Shown here in pieces: positions 1-11,127 of a DNA stretch of 32,059 nucleotides. Origin of the DNA: Sphacelaria rigidula (Eukaryota); the NCBI GenBank assembly GCA_964200075.2, contig CAXNAA020000041.1, positions 1-32,059 of the forward strand. The letters are read 5' to 3'. Each line of letters opens with the position of its first letter. Position 1 is the stretch's first letter. The notes under the pieces were generated by a model. It saw only the letters and a list, made by a program, of their open reading frames with translations, made no database searches and was not told where the DNA came from. The position numbers were made by a program, and so were the translations under genes.

Positions 1-706
1 TTTGCTCAAAGCTAGCCGAAAAACAGTGCCCAACGGACTGGGGTCCGAAAAATCAATCCACGGGAGGAAATCGCCTGTAGATGGGCTGAAATCCTCATAT
101 TTGTAAAAACCGGGACTCGTTGCCATAAAAGTAGGTCTAACAATCACTGTTTCGGGCAATTCAGTCCAGCAAAGCAAACGTAGCGCTTGGGCTTCTCAGA
201 CCCCGCTCGGACCCGCTGTCACGAATTTTGTGTTCATGGACAGCGGATTCCGAATTCCTCTTCGATGAGTTACTATACGCAGCTCATGAGCTGTACGACG
301 CGTGACCTTTGGGCTGCGAACCCCCTCGCAGGTGTACTGAGTTGGACTACGCCACATTTCGGCTTCAGAACCACCGCTTTTCTCGCTACACAAAATGCAT
401 TCCTTCAAAAACATGCGGATGTTGGCCATCTGTAGAGCACTTAGGCCCGGGGAACCCCTGACCCGTTTGGCCCTGAAGTCAATTTCGAGCTGTCAGTATG
501 TGTGCCAGATGTCTTCGCTGGGTACAATGGCAACAGTAAGCGTGCCATCGCTCTCCACCGAACAGTCTACTGGATGCCGCTGATGTCTCTTGCTCAGTGC
601 TCAAAAACAACTCTACAGACGGTGTAGCGCCGTACTGGCAAACAAGAGGAATCAGAGAGGCGGCAAAGACCACAAACAGAGTTAAAAGGACGTTAGTCGT
701 GCCCGC

Positions 707-708
<2 letters not shown>

Positions 709-754
<46 letters not shown>
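709..754. repeat. (TG)23 microsatellite forming the tail of the adjacent retroelement-like repeat
   Basis: Perfect TG run 709-754, directly abutting TTGTCGTCCCATCTATTCTGG. Confidence 0.97.
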
Positions 755-756
<2 letters not shown>

Positions 757-930
757 GTCGTCCCATCTATTCTGGACGTCGGTCTACATCTTTCGGTAAT
801 TGTAGGCGCACCAGCCGGGGTCACACAGGAGGAAGGTCAACACAGGAGTTTATTCTTTTTTGTTTGTTTAGTACTCCACCTTCCTTCCGCGGTGCTTGCC
901 CTTCTTTTTCACCACGAAAATCTATCGTTA
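755..930 (-). mobile_element. SINE/LINE 3'-end-like dispersed repeat with (CA)n tail, copy 1
   Basis: Its reverse complement matches 9434-9588 (GGAAGGTGGAGTACT...TGACCTTCCTCCTGTGTGACCCC...CCAGAATAGATGGGA) and 10148-10178. It ends in a simple-repeat tail, as non-LTR elements do. Class is inferred. Confidence 0.65.
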
Positions 931-1276
931 AATTGTGATGACCAAAATGATCTGTGGTTCATCTGTAGCGGGGGGGGAAAGTGATTGGTCGGATTAATCA
1001 CTCTGCTGCTCTGAGGCCTCGCTCCTGGCTTCTAATTTTCCATGGGAAATTGTCGAACACATACAACGGACTTGGTGAGCTTTTCGGCTGTCCTGCGAAC
1101 GGGCCCCATCCCCCTCTCCAGAACCACCCCCCGTGTTGCTCCGTCTCGAAAGGGATGCGTGGTCAATGGTCGAACGACCGAGGCAAGCAACAAATGAGTA
1201 CGCCCCCCTGCCCCCCCGCCTGCTAAAAATCTCCGGATGTTCCTGGAATTTCAGACTGTGAAACTGTTCCGAAGCG

Positions 1277-2265
1277 ACGCTCGCGGTCTGACGGGTCAAC
1301 CCTTAGACCGCGGTGCGGGTAGTCCATCCCATCTGGATCATACATACTTTTTTCATGTGAACATTGACGCCGATTCAGCAGGTGACGTACGCTCGCGGTC
1401 GAAGGGTTATATCTGTCGGTCACAATGAAATCAGTCCACTACGGAACTGAATGTATGTAACTGCACATCGCCCACCCTGTGCAGAGATTTCTGTAGTAGA
1501 TTTAGACAGTGGTGCGGGTAGTCCATCTGGGTTAACCCTGAGACCGCGAGATTAGTCTTTTTTGGATCATACATACTTTTTTTCACTTGAAAGTGATGCC
1601 GATTCAACGGAGGACTAACCTCGTGGTCTAAGGGTTACCGCGAGGTTAGTCTTCTGTTGAATCGGCATCAATTTTGACTGAAAAAAAGTATGCATGATCC
1701 AGAAAGACTAATCTCGGGGTCTAAGGGTTAAGGGTTAACCCTTCGACCGGGATACGGGCAGTCCATCTGCATCATGTACTCTTTTTTCAAGTAAATATTG
1801 ATGCCGATTCGGCAGGTGACCTACCCTCGCGGTGTGGGTAGTCCATCTGGATCGTGCATAACTTTTTCAAGTGTATGTTGATGCCGATTCAGCAGGCGAC
1901 CTACCCTCGCGGGTGAAGGATTCACCCTTAGACGGCGGTGCGGGTAGTCTATCTGGATCACGCATACTTTCTTCAAATGAATACGAGTAATGATGCCGGT
2001 TCATCAGGTGATACCCTCGCTGTCGAAGAGTTCAATGATCCCCGAGGGACCCGGCCGTGATCACAACAGAGGTATTCAAGGTGAACAAAATGGAAACATT
2101 CATACAGGAGGAAAGTGTGAACAAACAAAAAGATGAGACAATCGGAGCGAGAGGTTGGCTATTAACCCTTTGGCCGCGACGGTACGTCATCTGCTGAATC
2201 AGCATCAATCTTCACTTGAAATAGTATGCATGATCCAGATGAACTACCCTCACTGCGGTCTAAAG
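1277..2265. mobile_element. Cluster of about 100-bp piggyBac-like MITEs (about 7 near-full copies plus fragments, tandem and inverted)
   Basis: Repeated unit CCCTTAGACCGCG...GGTAGTCCATCTGGATCAT...TGATGCCGATTCAGCAGGTGAC...CGCGGTCTAAGGG at 1300-1406, 1536-1727 (inverted dimer), 1739-2030 (three tandem units) and 2166-2265. TTAA/TCAA at junctions. Confidence 0.8.
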
Positions 2266-2605
2266 AACAAAAAACGGTACGGAACTGAAGGAAATAAAGC
2301 GAGAAATGGGCGGCCCCTCCAGCATACGTTCAGATCACGAAGAGTCGTGTGAGAAATAAAACGCATGCGCGTAATTGCCGAACAAGATAAAAAAAAGCCG
2401 GGCGGGACCAGATTATGACGTGATTATCTCGGCAGTGAGAAGAGTCCAAACCCCTCGAAAAAAAAGGGTCGACCATTGGACTCAACAGAGATTACCAAAT
2501 GGTCGGAATCAATGCGTGTGAGAATACCAATATTCGGATGTTCATAGCTTACAGCCCCGAGTGCTCCTAGCTCGTGCAGACGTATTCTCTCCAAGATCAC
2601 CGACA

Positions 2606-2760
2606 CAGGCACCGATTCTAGGTCTGCCAATGCACACTTGGTGGCGGACACTCTCTCCGCCCACCATGCCCGAGGGTTCCCCTATGCCTCGGTCGGGGTT
2701 TGGGTTAGGGTTAGCGGTAGGATTAATGATATCTCCTTAACAACCATTGTTCTGACCATT
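2606..2760 (+). repeat. Dispersed repeat with an internal telomere-like (GGGTTA) tract, copy 1
   Basis: AGGTCTGCCAATGCAC is shared with about 9751-9766 and, with mismatches, the reverse complement of about 23197-23213. GGGGTTTGGGTTAGGGTTAG at about 2695-2714. Confidence 0.65.
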
Positions 2761-4364
2761 GGTGAACAGCTATTCGCTGATAAGCCCTCTCTGGACTCCG
2801 GCAGTACGACCAATCCGTCAGCATCGCTCCCCTGATCTACTGAATGGCACTAGTAGAGTTGTCGCGCGGACGTAGCCACTGCCGTCAACTCTGTTTCCAT
2901 GTATATTCTACAGGACCGGTACGGCCGCGCATGGCTTCATCTTACACAGCGATTGATCTGTTACTGTACAGACTTCAGTATCTCCGGAAGACAGAGGGTT
3001 CAAAAACCTTGCACCCAATGCAAAGGGTTAATCATTCGTTGGCATGGCATCATGTTCACTTGAAAAATAACATTGGAGAACCACACGTTCGACTCTCGCG
3101 GTCAAAGGGTTTGAGGGCGGAGCCACTTCTCACACCAGCTCAATATTGACGTGAAGTTTTGATACCTCCTCAGACCTGCTACACCGATGATCGGCCCAAG
3201 AAACAGACGTGAGCGTTTCTTGGTGCAGATTGGGGTAAAAACGTGCTTGGGAGAAATCCAACAGAGAGATGGTCAGTCGGCCGTTGGCGAGTGGAATAAA
3301 GTCACGACTCTTCAGTCACGAGACCGATCCAGACCACATCGAAAGTAACATCAAGAAGCTAAGGCGTACGCAGTGCTGAACAAGATGGGTTGTGCTCACC
3401 CCCCCTTGGGATGTTACCACTCGACTCCAGGCTTTCACAGCAGAGCAATGAGTTCGATGAAATGTGGAGGCGCGCTCTTTTCCTACCTCAACAGGCATCA
3501 TCGCTCACGCAGGACCATAATATCCACACTCGATTAAAAAAAAAAAATTTCTCCAACGAGTGGAACGAATCACTTGCATCTCTGGCCGATCGTGCACTGC
3601 AACATCAATACTGCCGTGAAACCGTTCCCTGGACAAAATAGGTTATCGATTGTATCGCGACAAAAAGAGATAGAGAAGAGGGGTATCGTAGAGAAAAAGT
3701 GTATTGCAGCGGAACACAGAGACTTTCAATAGCAACATCTAAGAGGTAACTGTAATAGAGAGTGTGTACGAGGAACAAGAGGACCTCAAAGAAAAAAAAT
3801 GGAACAGGCGCGAGAACGGTCCGGTCCTCCGAGCCCTTGGTTTGAGTGTGCCATCGCACAGAATCACGAACCGGTCCCAGACGGGGTGGGCACAATCGGA
3901 AGACCGCTTTCATCCACGCATCCAAGAGGTCCGAAGAAGTAGCGGAGGGTAGGGGCGAATTCAAATAGGACAATCGTTGTTGCGATCCTCCTCGAGCGGA
4001 AGGACCAAGGATACGTGCACTCGTCGTGCGCGGTTGAGTTGCCCTTGGTGTCCTGATGTCAATGCCACGAACCAGTGAAAATGAAACGGTTTGAGTACGA
4101 GGTGCTACGACTAAGACAGTTCGTGTCCACTCACATCCTACATACTTACAGCACGAGCACTACTTACACAGCACAACTGTTATAGCACTAGTTGGGTCGG
4201 TGTATAGTGCCAAGGGCGGGATTTGCGCAGGTTGAGTGTGCCTCACGAGATTCAAGATTCCGGACGGGAGAAAAACGTGAACTTCGACGACCGAAAAAAA
4301 GGTGAAGGTTGGAAAGATGAACACTGATGGACAACAGTTACGGAGCGATAATGGAAGTGTTTAA

Positions 4365-4457
4365 CCTCAGACAGCGAGAGCAGGTCATCCACTGAATCGG
4401 CATCAATTTCACTTGAAAAAAGACTGTATGATTCACATGGACTGCCCTCGCGGTCTG
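4365..4457 (-). mobile_element. piggyBac-like MITE copy, degenerate
   Basis: TTAA at 4361-4364, then CCTCAGACAGCGAG...CTGAATCGGCATCAATTTCACTTGAAAAAA...CTCGCGGTCT, the reverse orientation of the family core. Confidence 0.7.
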
Positions 4458-5799
4458 TTGTCCGTACAACGGGTAGTGACGAAAACGAAAATACGAAGTA
4501 CAGTAAAGCGGAGAAAGGAGGCCAACTGCGAAGATCCCGCGTCCACACTTTGTTCAGGTGAAAGACAAAAACGCTGAACTGAATGCCCATGAACGGAAAG
4601 CACTCGACAGTTGAATACAAAAAGTGAGCAGTACAGGTCAGAACCTTACAGTTCAAGACAACGGTACAGTGTTCGAGACTGTGACGTAGGATCAAGGGAG
4701 GCAGAACGACCTCGGTGTCCACTACCGTGCTGTGACCTCTGTGCTGTTTCGGGAGATAAGAGCGGGGCCCCTTTGTTCCATTGTTCACTGTCCTCAACAG
4801 CAGATTTTCAGGTCCCTCCGAACACATGGAAATAAACGTTTGATTCTTAGGTTTCATCCGTGTTCGACGTACAAGAAGCTTTGTTGGTCAGTTTGGTTTG
4901 CCGCGCTTGCCTCCGTACGTCCTCTGTAATGAGCACCTGTGCGTACCGTAGGAACGATCAACGGATACGGGTCTACCTGGGGCATCATCTCACGAGAAGC
5001 GGGAGTTGCTATTGTTTGTACTTTGCTGCTGTCATTTCACTGAGTCTAGATATACATGACCTCATCATCATGGGATATTTCCGTATTGCTGATTTTTGGG
5101 AGCAGAGCTGCAGAGCGTCGGTGCTTCCGCATGTGTGCGGCAGGACAAAAGTCCTCCACAAGCAAAAATGAGGAAAACTCGGAATAACTGCGCTGCACAC
5201 CAGTCTGCTCAAATTCGTGATCAGAACAGCTTGCTGCTTCTCGTGATGAAAACCTTGCACCTTGTGAAATGCGGCACAAAGTTCTGACGATAAACGAATA
5301 TTCACACGGGTAGATCACGAGAACATCGTTACCTTCGTTGCTGCAGACGTTGAGGAGCGGACCATTTTTCAGTACACAAAAAGTGCACACAGCACCCGCG
5401 AACCGCAAACATCACAGTGAGTGCTCGATTGCCGGTTGCCGGTAAGCATCAATACGAGCCGTGGGGGGTACGCTAAAGCACATGCTAATGTGCATACAAT
5501 ACGCTATCGTATGCATGCACCACAACGACAAAACAAGGTTGCGATCCTTCTCCAATGAATGCCGAGGGTACACATCATTAATTTCCTCACGAGCAGGAGC
5601 AAAACTACAGGGACCATCTGCCAACGCTGAGCACGAAAATCCCGAAACAATCCGCACGTGGTCCTTGATCGTTAACATAAGGTATACTTCGCGATACATG
5701 CCAACTTTATCTGTACCTTATATTGATGGTCGAAAGACTGGAGCTGGGAGCTCTCTGAGTGAGCGTATGAACTTGCATGTTCACCAAAATCCAACATAC

Positions 5800-6630
5800 C
5801 TCGTGGCGCCGTTTTCTTGCGCCATGAAGCAGCGTCTGAAAATCTTCTTCCTCCATTCCCCTGACCCCAGCGAGTAACGTCTGATAGTCCCCATACTTGA
5901 TGGATGGGAACATAGTCTCGAGGTCGGATCGGGTGGATGGATCCGCCAAAGCTTCCTCCAGCCTTCTCTCGCGCCTCTCCATCAGCTCCCGAAATCTGAC
6001 AGAAATCATGGTGAAATATGCCATGTCCCTCTCGAAAGATGGGGATATCGGACGACCAGCCCTGTGGTTGTCACGAGAATTGTCCGCTCGCTGCCGCTGC
6101 TGCTGCCATGGAATAGCTAATGAATGCTCTTGTTCTTTCCCTCGCTGCACCCTTCCCTCCTTCTCTGCTGTTGTTGTCATCATTCCCCCGCCCGTGCCAC
6201 CACAGCTGTAGCTGCTGTTTTCACCATGAGCATCATGAGGCTTGTCCTTCGTTTCCGAGGTTTTCATGGAATTGATGGAATGTGAACAAACCAGACGCGT
6301 CTTGATGGGAGATAGACCTTGTTCAGTCATCTGCATGATTAATTCCGGTGATGATGTCCGTCTCGACACCTTCGGAGCAGCCGGTGCAGCAGCAACCGAT
6401 GCGGCCTCAATTGATGGCGAAGTGCCGGCGCCAACAGCCAGACTAGAACTATCACCACCACCACTTCCACCTGTGCCGTCACTTTCATCAACACCGCCGT
6501 CGCAGGCCATCTCGCTACTGTCTCCCTGGGCACTACGAAGTGATCCCGTTTTTTTTTTTTGGTTTTCGACGCTGACGGTTCCCGTGCTCCCTTCTTCGCG
6601 GACTATCTTTTCAGCTGCCTCTGGGTCCAT
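5800..6630 (-). CDS. Large coding exon of an uncharacterised protein (Ser/Gly-rich N-part, helical C-part); other exons not resolved
   Basis: 277 open codons from ATG 6630 to a strong donor GAG|GTATGT at 5800/5799. Protein-like end (FRELMERRERRLEEALADPSTRSDLETMFPSIKYGDYQTLL). A pyrimidine-rich acceptor CCAG| at 6660/6659 means it may be an internal exon. Confidence 0.65.
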
Positions 6631-8146
6631 ACGCGCACCGGCGACCCAAAAGAAGCGGGCTGGTCAAGGGGAAGATAAAAGCAGCACAGTTATTACAAAC
6701 GGTGAATTGTGCGGAAAAGTAAGCCAACGTTAGTGAGAGTCCGTGGCTACAAGATGTTGCGTGTTGAGGACGAGTGCTCCTCCTCTCCGTGTCACGTGCT
6801 GTGTGGTGTGCACGTGGTTCCTCTACATGTAAAAAATGCGAAACCTTGATGTGTTCGCGAAAAATCGTCACAGGTTTGGAGCGTAGACCCCTTCACCGAA
6901 CAGGCGAGACCGCAAAACTGCCGCACCCGCCCTCTTCCTTCCCGAAACGCCAAGCCGTACCTGCTACGTCACAAGGAGCGCACTGCACTACACCCAGGAC
7001 AGTATGCTCGGGCAACGAGTCGCCTCTAACAATTTCGAGACACTGGAAGTGTCCCACACCCAATGCACAACCCTGAACTCGTATTGAACAGCTGACTGGG
7101 AATACACACCTGCGGCCAGTTTGGCAGTTGTGGGGTGGACGAAAATATCAACTTTTATAAGGCCGAACAGAAATGCGAAATCCAAACTGCGAACCGCGGA
7201 AACACTGAAACACGCAACGACAGCCGATCATAGCAAAAAGACACCCCTCCCTGAATTCCTACCTTATGGAGCAAGATGAAATCCTCACCGCCACGATAGA
7301 CTGTCAACCAAAGCTGCGTTCTTTCCCCCGGATAACAGAAGAAAACGCGTGCCTTAGATGCTTCAAGTCTCCGCGCTTTGACCCAGCACTTGCGACGACT
7401 TGCAAACCGTGGTGCGATTGTCAACTCTGTTGCCCTCCAAGTTCAACGTCGAGATCCCCTGGAGTTGGTGAAATTAATAAAATAAAATGATGCTGAATTT
7501 TCCAAGGGGTCTCACTCGGGGCTGCATTGTAAAAGTTGATCAGTTTGTACTTCGGACACACATATTGGAAAATACAGACCTTATCATTTCGACAGTTTTC
7601 GGGCCGTTTCCACATTTCCACACCCAAAGTTCAATATATTTCAAGTTTTGCACTGTGTTTAGAATAATCGATATTAGGTATTTTCGGTCGTTATGGAAGA
7701 ACGATGTTCGGGTCAGATCTACCGATAATATTGAACAAAACTCACCCTACAGCAGGATTTCGGCTCTGGGGTCCTTACAGGTGGTGCACGTGTACCCCCC
7801 GCCGGAACCGATGGCACCAATATGAACCCAAAGATGGCAAGTAGAGGGCTACAGACCCCCCCCCGCGGCAACCGGTAGCCGTTTGTGCAAGTGACCTTTC
7901 ACAGCAAAATACGAAAATCACCACTTCATGCGCGCATGTAGATACAATACACAGCACACGACACCACAGTGTACCTTGTGCAGCGTGCACCGTACTCGTA
8001 TTCAGCACGCGACCCATGTTTCTTGTATTTTACGCACAAAGTACATGCTCTAGAGGGACCATATCAATTCTGATGGATCTTCCCGAGGTTTCGTTTTGTA
8101 GCAGGCAAGCCCACCAATATCAGGCGCCTCCTTGATTCAACTTTAA

Positions 8147-8248
8147 CCCTTCGACGGCCGTGCGGGTAGTCCATCTGGATTAGGCTTACTTTTTTCGAGT
8201 GAAAATTGATGCCGATTCAGCAGGTGACGTACCCTCGCGGTCTAAGGG
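8147..8248 (+). mobile_element. Intact 102-bp piggyBac-like MITE with TTAA target-site duplication
   Basis: TTAA(8143-8146)|CCCTTCGAC...GTCTAAGGG|TTAA(8249-8252). CCC...GGG termini with a TTAA TSD are the piggyBac signature. Confidence 0.85.
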
Positions 8249-8342
8249 TTAAAGTTCGGGGTAGTCTTCCAAAGATGGTACATCAAACAAGGCGTCTGGT
8301 CTGTCAGCAGGATTTCCGTTGCTTTATAGTACCTCACACAGC

Positions 8343-8364
8343 TTGTTGTTGTTGTTGTTGTTGT
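8343..8364. repeat. (TTG)7 microsatellite
   Basis: TTGTTGTTGTTGTTGTTGTTGT seen directly. Confidence 0.9.
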
Positions 8365-9433
8365 CTTCACAGCTTACAGGGCAAAATTAATCACAGACAA
8401 CAACAGTAGTGTAAACTACAACGGTTGCGTCCATTGCACATCGGAAACTTCTCAGAACAGGCAGATCCATGCATCGCGGTAGGGTGCCGGCCAATAAGAG
8501 CCGCCAGCATCCCACAAAATGAAGACAGAACCCAGGGAAGCGCTCATGTGTACATCCCGACCTTGGTGTATACGAGTGTACGTGAATCCAGTACATTGTC
8601 ATTGTTACAACCGACACTAAAAATGATGTACGATGATTGTTCAGGCAGTTACTACTGTTCCGCACCTCTCGTAAAGAGTGTGGCCGCAACTTGTATGTGA
8701 CCTGGGAAACGCACGGCAGTAACTGCACGAGAGTGTACCGTACATTGCCGGAGGATGCGCCCACGAGTACATCGAGTGATCCCCCCGCAGCGCGGTGGGA
8801 AGGTGTAAAGTTGTTCAAGACAAGATAAATGTAGGTTCGTCGGCGGGGAGCACGGAAACACAATAAATGCTGATAGCTCTGAAAAGATTTAGGCTCGTTT
8901 AGCCCCGCCTTTAATCCTCTGCCAACGGACACTTTCCTGCTGAGGTGAAATTACGAGGATGGGTTGGGAGGGTTCGGACTTGTTTCGTGATGGAACCACT
9001 CAAGCGAAGGTGTGAAAGGTGTGAACGACCTTGCCAAATTTTCTTGTGGCCATAAATGAAAAATGAAACCAGGGCTTCTCGCTGCAGTCTGCCTTGGTGA
9101 GTGGGGCACACGTCAAAAAAACGAATCGCTCTTGCTAAACCGTAAACCGGAGCGCTGACCCTAACTCGAGATCCATTCCCACAGCACACCGAGAACCCTT
9201 GCGCAAGGGAGGCGGATGTTGTTATGATAACCTAGACAAAATGTGATGTATTTTTGCTCAAGCCGGTGCTTGACGCTCAAGGGACGATTCGAGCCCAAAC
9301 ACACCTTATAGTCGAGGGCTTGACTGTTGGGCGTCAAAGATCCAAACGCAATGGTTCAGACTAAAATAAATAAAACCAAGGACAGGTAAAAAGGGCAGCA
9401 GAATAGACGAATTCATGGCCCATCTCGATTGGA

Positions 9434-9588
9434 CATTTTCAGTCGGTAGAGCGCATAAGGAAGGTGGAGTACTGAAATAAAACAGAAGAAATTCGGGTGT
9501 TTGACCTTCCTCCTGTGTGACCCCAGCTGATGCGCCCACATACACAGAACGGTGTAGACTGGTGTCCAGAATAGATGGGATGACAGCA
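9434..9588 (+). mobile_element. SINE/LINE 3'-end-like dispersed repeat, copy 2
   Basis: Diverged inverted homolog of 755-930. Confidence 0.65.
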
Positions 9589-9736
9589 CGAACGGAGCGT
9601 ACGCGTCGGTCGCAAAAGACTGGTCGAGTGTCGAGTACTTGATTTAAGACTGTGCACGGATATTCGGATCTTTAGATTGGCGGAGGCAGTCCCAAGTGCT
9701 CCTATAATAGCTTCCCCAGAAAGTGTTTTTGTCCAT

Positions 9737-9930
9737 TAGGTGTCGATTTGAGGTCTGCCAATGCACCTGCCTGGCGCAACCTTTGTACCCTCTTGTCTGA
9801 GATTCTCGCAAGCCTTGGTTGGACTCTAGATTAGGGTCAGGGTTTGCGTTAGTATTATATAATAAATTTCCGAGGGAACGCATGCCAACCATTCTCATGA
9901 CTAAAGCGTAGGCACCCCTCCTAAACTGGC
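9737..9930 (+). repeat. Dispersed repeat with a telomere-like tract, copy 2
   Basis: GATTTGAGGTCTGCCAATGCAC start; TTAGGGTCAGGGTTTGCGTTAG at about 9831-9852; weak terminal inverted similarity at 9910-9930. Confidence 0.6.
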
Positions 9931-10085
9931 ACGAACAGGTGGCGCCAAGTATGCTGGTACTACCCGAACTCGTCGACATAATTCATGGTTGAAACAGATT
10001 CAGTTCGATAGTGTTCCACCATGTTCGAATCATTCGAGGTATCGAGGTATCTCGAACACGAGGTGTGCGATGTACCAAACGACAA

Positions 10086-10557
10086 TTTACTAGAGGTATC
10101 TCAAACTCGGGGTTGCGGGCATATTTTGTAAATTACTTCGGGATATATCCGGAATAGATGGGACGACAACAAACACACGCGGCCATTTGGATACCTCCAA
10201 ACTTCCTCCAGGTGGGTACACTTTTCGAGCCTCCAGAGGAATTGAACGCCTCCAGAGGGGTGCGCGGTCCTCCAGAGGAGAGTTTTTGGTTCCCTGCAAA
10301 GGCGTTGAACGCCTCCGGAGGCTTATTCTTGCCTCCGGAGGGCCGCGCATACCCCCAAATTCCTCCGGAGGGGTGCGCAGCCCTCCGGGTCGGTAGAGTT
10401 TGGTCCCCTCTAGAGCGATGGAAGGCCTCCGGAGGCTTGTTTTCCCCCTGGAGGACCGCGCATCCCTCCGGAGGCATTTTGGGACGAAGCGAAATAGCCG
10501 CGTGTGAGCACTTCGTAATGTATCGCGAACCTCGAGTTTGAGACACCTCGAAGTGAA
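10086..10557. mobile_element. TIR-bounded element containing an array of CCTCC(A/G)GAGG palindromes
   Basis: GAGGTATCTCAAACTCGGGGTTGCG (10093-10117) is inverted-similar to CGCGAACCTCGAGTTTGAGACACCTC (10524-10549). Internal motif array at 10205-10474. Confidence 0.65.
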
Positions 10558-11127
10558 AGCAACCCATGTGGTTGAAACAGAGTGAAGTTCGTTTGAGTCC
10601 ACGCTACGGTCCATGTATCATATACTTGACTCCCCCCAGGCCTCAGAATCCTGAGGACTCTATCTCCGCACATGTCTTGGCTAAAATCCTCACAGGCGCC
10701 GAATTTAGCTCTCTAGCTCTTCCAGGGCACACGCTGCATACGACACCGTTCGCGCCCCTTTTCCGGAGAGCTGTCGGCCTGCCTTGGGTTGGGATTTGGG
10801 TTACAATTGGTGTGACAAAACAAACGCTCGACCAGGCTCAACAAGAGATGCCTGTCGCCTGCCCACCCACCCCCTCAAACTTGATGTTGACTGTGAAAGT
10901 ATCATACCCATCTGAGAGGAAAATGGGAAAAAATACGTCTTCACAATGAAACGGTTGTAGTCCACCTGATACCATCCAACAATCCATCTCCTTGTTTGTC
11001 ATGGCAGCTCCGAGCGCGCATCAGCTAATGCTGCTCTCCAGCGGTGCACAATTTCAAAATTCGAAACGAAGATGGGAACGGAAACTTTGTAACTTATATC
11101 GCATCCACTGGAAAAACAAGCATACAT

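Noticed and set aside
597..984. ORFs containing CVCVCV or HTHTHT runs
   Set aside because: Translations of the (TG)n microsatellite and the adjacent repeat.
1721..1745. TAAGGGTTAAGGGTTAACCCT as a telomere fusion
   Set aside because: Explained by abutting MITE termini and TTAA target sites.
3200..3660. Protein-like fragments (FDEMWRRAL; EWNESLASLADRALQHQYCRETVPW)
   Set aside because: Short, multi-frame, with no recognisable motif and no second copy to support them.
7109..7459. Possible upstream exons of the 5800-6630 gene (AG/GT-bounded segments); also candidates at 5050-5340
   Set aside because: I could not build a stop-free, phase-consistent chain.
10205..10474. CRISPR-like appearance of palindromic repeats with spacers
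   Set aside because: Repeats are only 10 bp, linkers are short and reused, no cas genes are visible, and the context is eukaryotic.
10090..10614. Overlapping 127-174 aa ORFs on both strands
   Set aside because: By-product of a GC-rich palindromic repeat array that lacks stop codons.
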